Shown here: positions 60,166-64,000 of the stretch, in pieces
How the letters are laid out: each line of letters opens with the position of its first letter
Position numbering within the stretch: position 1 is the first letter of the stretch
Assembly: GCF_025526975.1 (NCBI RefSeq)
Contig: NW_026515668.1
Coordinates: 248,001-312,000, forward strand
DNA from: Fimicolochytrium jonesii
Lineage: Eukaryota
Reading direction: 5' to 3'
DNA length: 64,000 nucleotides
Notes under the pieces: model-generated
Databases searched by the model: none
The model's input: only the letters and a program-made list of their open reading frames with translations
Told to the model about the DNA's origin: nothing
Made by a program: the position numbers and the translations under genes

Positions 60166-62036
60166 CTACAACTCCTCGTGACCCTCGTGGTCGTGAGCGT
60201 CAGACGTGCCCTCGGCCTCAGCGGCGTTGACATCCTTGATCTCGTCAGCATGGACAGCGTTCTTCTTCAAGAACGACACGAATCCATCAATGGAGCGTTC
60301 ACCATCGTAGTCGACAATCTCGTTCGTCTTGGCCTTGAACAGCTTGATGGTCGGGAACCCCTCGATGGTGAAACCGGACCCAGGGGCAATATCGTTCTCG
60401 GTCGCGTCCATCTTGGCGATGACGATCTTGTCGGATCCAACGGCCTCGCCGAGCTTCTCCCAGGTCGGGGCGAGGGCCTTGCAGTGTCCGCACCATGGGG
60501 CGTAGAACTCGACGAGGACGTCCGCGGACTTGTTCAGGACGACGTCATCCCAGTTCTTGCCGACGATGACCTTGACGGGGCCGTCGTTCTTTTCTGGGAC
60601 GGCCTCGGATTTGAGGGAGGGCTGGAGCTTGCCCGCGAGGTACTCATCGACGAAGGACTTGACGTTGGCCTTGGTGAGGGATTTGCTCTGGTCGAACGGG
60701 TACTTGACGTTCTGGGCGGGCTCCTGGATCGCGAATGCGGGCCATTGCTCCTTGACGTTCAGGTTCTTGGCATGGCCACCGAACTTCTGGGCGTCAATGT
60801 AGACGAAGTTAAGCTTGCCCTTGTACTCCTTGGCGATGGCTTCGATGTCGGCGCCGGGGGACTTGCGCTCAGCTTCGGAGCTGTAGAAGAGGTAGGCGAG
60901 GGGAATGCCGCTCTCGACGTATTTGGCGTAGTTCTCAGGGCCAATCTCATCCATGGTGGGAACAGACTCGGCGCGGAGGAACTGTGCGATTTCATCGTGC
61001 TTGAAGGCGCCGGAGAAGGTGGCCTTGCCCTCGTCGAACTTCTTGTAAAGAACAAGAGCGGGAGCGGTGACCTTGAACTTCTCAGCAGCGGCCTTGTCGA
61101 CGGCGGCACCGAAGAGGAACTCCTCGCGGAGCTCCTTAGCGACCTTCTCAAACTCAGCGAACTCGGACGACGCCTTGTCGGCGAAGAATCCGACCAGAAC
61201 GACCTTGTCTGATGTGGAGAACTCCTCGACCTTGTCGGCGGTCAGGATGGAGACGGGAGGCAAGTTCTGCCTATAAAACAGCGAAGAGTGATATTGGGTC
61301 AGACTTTGGTGGGAAGGTGGATGAATCCATTCCGATGACTCACTTCTTCATGTAGCTGACGATCCCATCCGCCTTACGCTGGCCCTTGTACTCGCTTGGG
61401 ACACCTTCACGGAAGACCTTCAGGGTAGGGTAACCCTTGATGTCGTGCTTTTCGCAGAGCTCGGTTTGCTCTGTGCAGTCGACCTTGGCCAAAGGAAGGC
61501 TGGCCTTCAGCTCCGTTGCTGCCTTCTCATATTCGGGCGCCAGGCTTTTCTGGAAGGAGTGAGGGAAATGTGAGTTCAGGTGTATGCATTTGTACGCTCC
61601 CACCTCCGAGGAATAGGGCCCATGGCGCGAGAGCGCTCGATATCCTTGCTATTGCCAGCCCACGGAAGCCGCGTGACAGCATGCGATACAACAGCGAGCT
61701 CCTTCGCTCGCATTCCCTTCACGCCCACCCGGTGATCTCGCCAGAACCCGAAGCGTCAAAGTGCCGTCAGCAACAAACTTCTAGGCCATCTTTCCCCTAC
61801 GGCACATAAAACTTCTCATCCTTTCCTTTCGTATCTTCCCCGACCCTCTCCATCCTCGGCACAAGCAGATCTATACTTACGCAGTGACCACACCAAGGCG
61901 CGTAGAACTCAATCAGCGACAACGGCTTCTCAGCGATCGAGTCAAAGTTGTCCTTCGTCAGGACGTGCACATCGGAGGAGGCAGCGACGGAGGCGGCGGC
62001 GGCGAGAGCACAGAAGATAGCACTGACGGCCTTCAT
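60166..62036 (-). CDS. PDI1: Protein disulfide isomerase (a-b-b'-a'), ER-retained; 3 exons
   Basis: Signal peptide [19 protein letters not shown], two [10 protein letters not shown] motifs, C-terminal HEEL. Confidence 0.97.
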
Positions 62037-62452
62037 GGTGGACAGTGTTTTGTGTGAAGTGGAGAGTGAGATGAGGGGGGGATGCTGGCGAGGGAAAGGA
62101 GCTTGCGAGGCCAGTTTGGGTCTTTATATGAGCGGCAATCAGTGCCCAATCAATAAGGGCGATCCTTGTGGGCTAATGACTTAACGGCCCCAACAAGACG
62201 GTTTGATTAAATCGACCATTCCTCGCGGTGTCTCATTTTGCTTAGGAGCTTGATTAGATTCTGCTCCCAACTTCACCTTTCTTTCCCAATCCCTGTTCGA
62301 GAGGTCCCGTGCCAAGGTTCAGTTTAGCGTCCACATTAGAAATCAACCCCCAAGTGCGCGGCCTCCTAATCGAGGCAGGCAGGAGTGGCCTTCAGTCACT
62401 GGCTGGGATGGGGCTCGGGATCGCGTCTCTCCTGCCATTGCCGTCGTTGCAG

Positions 62453-62471
62453 CCAATCACCATGCCGCACG
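62453..62471. promoter_or_regulatory. ERSE-like element CCAAT-N10-CACG in the PDI/HAUS2 divergent promoter
   Basis: CCAATcaccatgccgCACG at 62453-62471. Additional CCAAT near 62146 and a minus-strand TATAAA near 62123-62128. Confidence 0.35.
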
Positions 62472-62650
62472 GCATAAGGCGAAGCCACATTTGTTGCCTT
62501 TCAAAGCCATTAAATGCATCACGTGAGAGGGTGGGCGTCCGGACTTCTGGACAACCCATTGTGAACTTCCCTCTCATCAGTTTCCGCACTCTCTCGCAAT
62601 CCGTAACGAACGCACCCTCCCATCGGACGCAAATCTACAAAACAACAACG

Positions 62651-63440
62651 ATGTCCGCACCCTTCACAACATCAATCCTCACCCTCGCCGCCTCCCACAA
62701 CCTCCACCCCTCCTCAGCATCCCATCAATCCTCCCCAGCCACGACCCCCTCAACCAAACCAACACCCTCCCAACCAGACCTCCTCACCCTCCTCGACACA
62801 CTCACACACCTACAAACCGCCATCCACACCGAATCGATAGATCTCGCTATTCGGAGGATTCATCACCTTCCTCGGAACTTGAGGGAGGAGGAGGAAGGTG
62901 ACGAGACTGACGCGTTGGAACGCGTCGCGATACATTTGCGTGAGGTGGATGAAGGGATGGATGTGCTGAGGAAGGTTGTGGTTGTCGACGGTGAGGAGGA
63001 GGAAGATGAGGATGGGAGGTGGATTGAGGTGGATAGGAAGGCCCATGGGTAAGTTCCCTGTTCACTAGCGGGAAACTGGAGGGCTTTTCATTTCTGACAT
63101 TCATGAACAGGGCATTGGCACACCTCACCGAAACAATGATACAATACCACCACCAACCTCCAGGATCCTCAACACCGCGCGTCCAGCAGGAGTATGTGGA
63201 ATGGGTGCATCGCGGGGGAGTGGAGGAGAGTGTGCGGGATGAGTTGGTGAGTTCTCGTCTTTTCGTGGGGGGGGGGGGGGGGGGGGGGAGGAATTCTTTC
63301 AGATGGGATTTATGGGATGTAATGGTTTCGTTGTTTGTTTGTCTTAGCGGCCAGGGCTGGCGAAATTGCGAAAGACGTATGCGGGAATGGTGGAGGAGTT
63401 GGAGGCTGTGCGTGGGCGGAGGCGGATGGATGTGTGCTGA
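62651..63440 (+). CDS. HAUS2: HAUS augmin complex subunit 2-like; 3 exons
   Basis: LLDTLTHLQTAIHTESIDL, ALERVAIHLREV, WIEVDRKAHG|ALAHLTE and PGLAKLRKTY..VEELEAVR follow the HAUS2 pattern as recalled; recognised by eye only. Confidence 0.55.
63267..63288 (+). repeat. Poly-G tract (22 nt) in an intron
   Basis: Uninterrupted G run inside the last intron of the HAUS2-like gene. Confidence 0.9.
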
Positions 63441-63592
63441 GTGTGGGCGATTGGTGGAAGAGGCCCTGGGGATGGAAAGAGGGCCGCTACGCCTGCACCT
63501 ACATTTTTTTGCCGTATAGTCTAATAACGAGATGGACGGAGCTACGTCTGCGGTGGATGAGCTGGGCGTGGGGTAAGGCTGGTTCAAGGTCG

Positions 63593-63933
63593 CTACGCGC
63601 GCGGAACGTGGCGTCGTTGTGTGGGAAGCGAAATGACAGAGTCACGCAGGCGCTTCGGCCGACGGACCTTCCGAACGGCGCCAATGGTGATGACGCGGAC
63701 GAGTAGATCGAGGGAGGAGAAGGCGACTCCGACGATGACGGGAACAAGGACGGGGCCAACTCCCCGGACCTCTTTGACAGTGGTCTTCCCAGTCAGAAAG
63801 CCCATCTTGTAGTCTTCCCCACCGCCGTCGTTCAAAGCAACGAGAAAGATACATATATAAAAGGTAAAAGCGCCAATGACATACAATGTGGAAGATACCA
63901 GTTGGGGATGGGGGGGATTCGTGTACCACACCT
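63593..63933 (-). CDS. Probable last exon of a membrane protein that starts beyond the window
   Basis: CTCTAG acceptor near 63934, then two hydrophobic segments (LYVIGAFTFYICIFLVAL; VLVPVIVGVAFSSLDLLVRVITIGAV) and a basic tail. Confidence 0.5.
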
Positions 63934-64000
63934 CTAGAGCGGATGTTCAGATTGCTCGGAGTTGTGATGGACAAGCTCACATTGTACGCGCATAGTGTAC

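Noticed and set aside
60178..61212. 344-aa + strand ORF opposite PDI (and 42902..43846 opposite myosin V)
   Set aside because: Antisense open frames expected from strong C/G third-position bias in highly expressed genes.
61550..61880. Long PDI first intron as an ncRNA or element
   Set aside because: No clear boxes, terminal repeats or strong hairpins could be supported by eye.
63267..63288. Poly-G tract as a functional element
   Set aside because: Homopolymer length is error-prone and it sits in a G-rich block within an intron; no independent evidence.

Overview
Gene-dense eukaryotic DNA with short GT-AG introns and CTAAC/CTGAC branch points. It is most likely from a zoosporic (chytrid-type) fungus: fungal-type GLT1, TYW1, Bem1-like, myosin V and PDI-HEEL occur together with an STPG1-like ciliary gene and TTC14-like and HAUS2-like genes. 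About 23 protein-coding genes can be reconstructed. Recognisable genes: glutamate synthase (5' part), TYW1, TTC14-like, AVL9, ASF1, a BSD protein, myosin V, a calmodulin/centrin-like protein, TOM40, IMP3, eIF3i, STPG1-like, PDI and HAUS2-like. More unusual genes: an atypical homeodomain protein, a membrane-anchored DPBB (RlpA/expansin-like) protein, a CRIB-containing STE20/MST-like kinase with a hydrophobic tail, an SH3-PX-PB1 scaffold, a membrane-anchored Yellow/MRJP-like propeller, an orphan 7TM protein, an orphan multi-pass membrane protein, a long RG-rich disordered protein and a partial membrane protein at the right edge. Decayed coding relics lie at about 6.3-8.3 kb and 39-40.2 kb. No rRNA, tRNA, CRISPR array or intact transposon was recognised. 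The most unusual signals are (1) recurrent C-rich-then-G-rich blocks that override gene strand and exon structure, (2) a palindromic tandem element in the long intron of the Yellow-like gene, (3) the CRIB-MST kinase architecture within a group of polarity genes, (4) a homeodomain with Glu in place of Asn51, and (5) the orphan GPCR-like gene. Family assignments are from motif recognition by eye, no database searches were run, and exon boundaries are manual and approximate.
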